Source: Coniocarpon cinnabarinum (lineage: Eukaryota). From it: DNA of 64,000 nt. Under the pieces are notes generated by a model. It saw only the letters and a list, made by a program, of their open reading frames with translations. It did no database searches and had not been told where the DNA came from. Below, piece after piece: positions 60,853-64,000 of this stretch. The DNA is taken from the NCBI GenBank assembly GCA_051942205.1, contig JAVECO010000016.1:1-64000 (forward strand), given 5' to 3'. Every line of letters begins with the position of its first letter. The first letter of the stretch is position 1. A program made the position numbers and the translations under genes.

Positions 60853-62573
60853 AGTTAGAGCGAGTGGGCTGGGATTGAGGCGTTTCTCATGTGACATGGG
60901 GGTTTGATTGACAGGGGTTGTAAGATACAGGGTTGTGTGTACATTTGATGATTACGAAGAGTGTGAATGGTGTTTGCCCGATAGAAATTCTGCGACGTGG
61001 GATTACGGTCCAGAGTTTTGTTTGGCGCCACGTCTCATATAACAGCAAGAGGATGCTTGCCATGCCACCACACGTGTATATATTTGACAATATACCTGAG
61101 AGACACTCCTGACCCTGCCCGGGTCCCTACCCAATGCACTTGAGGCGCCGCTGAACGTCTCCTATTTCTCAAACTGCTGGTCCCATAAAGAACTCAGATT
61201 TTTGCCAGTGCAGTCCTATTACAGAAGCTGTCGTTGACCAGTCACAACATTTGGTCCCTCTCCTACTCGATTGGCGTAAGTGGTGATACCGCAGACATCT
61301 ATCGGCGCGCGGATCTCGAAAGCTTCGCATCACGTTGACGTTGACATGGTCACTCGCAATGGGATATAGCAATATAGAATTGGCAGTCTCGTCCTGTGTT
61401 CCCATCAATACAGTCTTCGCCCTGGTGCGGAGTAGTTGGTGCCAATCGAGGTCTTGGTAGTGATTGTGATTTGAGCTCTTACCGCTTACTTAAAGGTATG
61501 TATTCGAGGGCGGTATCCGTTGCTACTAGCGGGGGGCAACGCTATCTTAGTCTGGGTGCTGCCCGGCTAAATTATCTTGAGACTTTAAAACAACTTCGTT
61601 TCATATTCGTCCTATCCTTCTGCTACGTTCGCATGTTCCACACAAGCGTCACGTATGCTTGATAGGCCTCTGTTCGTGGATGAAGGCGACAAGTATACGT
61701 CGCAGGTCCATCACATCTACGAGGCTGAGCCATTGCCGTAGAATAACACTAGTCCTTTGTATATTCATGCCACCAATGCAATATTCACACAGCAAGACTC
61801 GACAGGGTGTATAGTTTGGTAGATCCGTTACGGCTCGCAATACTTATTTCTGCAGCGCTGAGGTTGACCAGGGAGCGCAGTATGAATTTTTGGTCTAGTC
61901 CACGCGGCAACAAGCATGAACTGAAGTGTCCGAGCGTGCCGCTGAGGAGGCATCAATTGCAGATGTCGGAGTCCTGGTCTGAGGAGATTCACGCCCTTGG
62001 TGCGGAGGCTTCAACATGAGTTCTTTGTCAGAGTCTGGAGCTTGATACCGACAGTTAGGACGAGTACGCCGCCAGGGCCTCTGTTAGGTTGTGTCGCTGC
62101 ATGAAAGCCCGGATCCTTTTTCCGAACACGCAAATGAGGATACCCGGTACAGTGACGACACCACCCTGAAGGCAAGAACTATATGCCGAGTCGCTGCACT
62201 TGTCCCCTGTCTTTCTGAGTGGTCTGCGGGATATGTTGACGCCGGATGACGCATCTGGTCACACCCGCTTGTGACTGCGCCGCATCTTGAGCGAGCCTGA
62301 TGATGACCTTTCATTCGGTGACCCCGAGACATGTGTACGTGGAATCGCACATCAGTACTGCTGTAGGAACATTAGATTACGTTATTCCCATTCGTTTTTG
62401 TGACGGAGCTCTCGGATGGATGCTGGCTGAAGGATATTGGCTGCCCACACAGTGTCGCGTGATCGTCGACTGACTGTGGGAGCTGCAGCATAAACATTCA
62501 TGCCATAAAATGCTCTACCATTTAAGAATAAGAGCAACACACGGTCGTTTAGTCTAAGTGGATCCCTGTCTGC

Positions 62574-63847
62574 TTATTCTTCGCACGTGGTGGCCATCCA
62601 GTCTTTTCCTTTCAGCCAAGTATGACTGATCAGCGGCCACCAGAACACATACACCCATTTGCAAGCGGCATGTATCAGGACCCCAGAGATTGTGATGCCG
62701 AGAAGACACACACTCAATAGGTATGCGAGAGTCTCTGGAGCATCAGCGACACTCGTATTGGGAAGGGTGTAGTCCTCATGAGGATGAGCGAATCTGCGGG
62801 GTGGCTTGATTTCATGATGTCGCTCTAAAGCCCCAAACAAACGCACGCTGCTAAGTTGACAGCAAGGCGAGAAGAGGTGGCCATTTCTCGTGCTCGCGTC
62901 AGGGGTCCAGATTTTATTCACGCGGTCGCTTTCCAGGCATGACTGAATGGTTTGTTGTTGCCGAGCTGACAGAAATGTGGCAGGTGTGTAGATCCTGCTC
63001 TGAGAAGAGGTGGAGTGCATACGACGATACCATCGTCTGAGGTGTCGAGCGAAATACATGGCATCGATGGGAGAGAATTGCACTTGGAAAAAGCATTATC
63101 CGTCAAGGGTGGGATTGTTGATCTCTAGCTATTTTTGAGTAATCTCGGTGCTATTACTGATCCAGGTAATGGGAGCGTGGAATGGAATTTTGGCCTCGCT
63201 GTACATTCTTGCAAACCACTTTTTATAGCATTCGTCACATGACGCTCGATCTGATGTTGGCTGATCCCGTACAAAGGACCTTGGTTGTAGGGTTTGAATT
63301 TCGATTGGAATCTGAGCTCCTTATTAAAATGGTAACAACCGCTCGAGGTAGATTGTAATTCAATCACACGTCATGCCAGCTGCAAATGCGCTAGCCTTGT
63401 TTTCAGATCTTTTGCCGTTTAGCAAATGCCTAATGAATCTAATTGTATAGATAGCTGACAAACAAACACAATCGTGGTAATGAGAGTGATTTTCACAATC
63501 CCATTGACGATTAGGCATTTATCATGCTTCAGAGTACACCCGACACGCTTCGTGGTGTCGTTCGCTCTGCGGTTGGCCTCTTGCTGTTGCTCATTCGTCA
63601 TCTGATCAAATTTCCGACTCGACAGCATACGCAACGTTGCCAATGTTTCTGTACATAGATGCGCCTTCCGTTCAGCCTTACGCATTTGGGCAATGCGCAG
63701 GTTATCCTCTGTTGCTATAGCTGGTCGAGGTCGCGGCCTGGTATTTTGAAGTCGACACGATTGGTGGAAAGGCCGTCGCATTCGTGCGGCAGACGGTGTT
63801 CGAACGTACAGGGAGCGGAACGAGGTACTGGAACTAGCTTGAGACAT
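62574..63847 (-). other. Possible orphan or degenerate gene(s): collinear minus-strand ORFs
   Basis: ORFs 63419-63847, 63125-63367 and 62574-63083 lie on the same strand; the last has a hydrophobic segment. No family recognised and no convincing splice model found. Confidence 0.2.
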
Positions 63848-64000
63848 CTTAAATGGTCGGAGATGGTCAAAATGGCTTGCAAGTGGTTGATTTTGCAGCG
63901 AGAGTGGTTCAAGATGACTGATTTCGGAGGCGACTGCAGCTTCAGAAGATTTTCGGCAACTGAAAAATGAGAGGCTTCAGCTGAAAGAATTGGGAGCAGT

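Noticed and set aside
61923..61936. 14-nt inverted match to 8059-8072
   Set aside because: Several 14-mer matches are expected by chance in 64 kb, and the match does not extend.

Overview
Gene-dense window from a filamentous ascomycete (Pezizomycotina) genome with short spliceosomal introns; no rRNA, tRNA or CRISPR array was recognised. Most genes are conserved housekeeping genes: a 5'-truncated GH18 chitinase-like gene, a cytochrome b561-domain protein, a yapsin-like aspartic protease, class 2 DHODH, creA, a RAD55-like gene, FAU1, SmE, MTR10, a nitronate monooxygenase-family gene, HPPK-DHPS (FOL1), an LRR protein, PP1, a TDA10-like kinase, a Zn2Cys6 TF, an MFS transporter, SFC1, mL46 and DRS2. 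The most novel-looking element is an accessory island at about 42-46 kb. It holds three tandem, diverged, unrecognised small genes (about 157-186 aa) whose full products appear only after manual splicing. They share sequence motifs and a phase-2 intron at the homologous position, and the third copy appears frameshifted. They sit next to a divergently transcribed Zn2Cys6 TF/MFS pair. Other notable items are a 25-nt palindrome-cored minisatellite plus a CC-depleted, TCACGTGA-rich repeat tract between creA and RAD55, a short RIP-like relic, a GC-AG intron and a ~970-nt ATG-free creA leader. All gene models were spliced by eye and no database searches were run.
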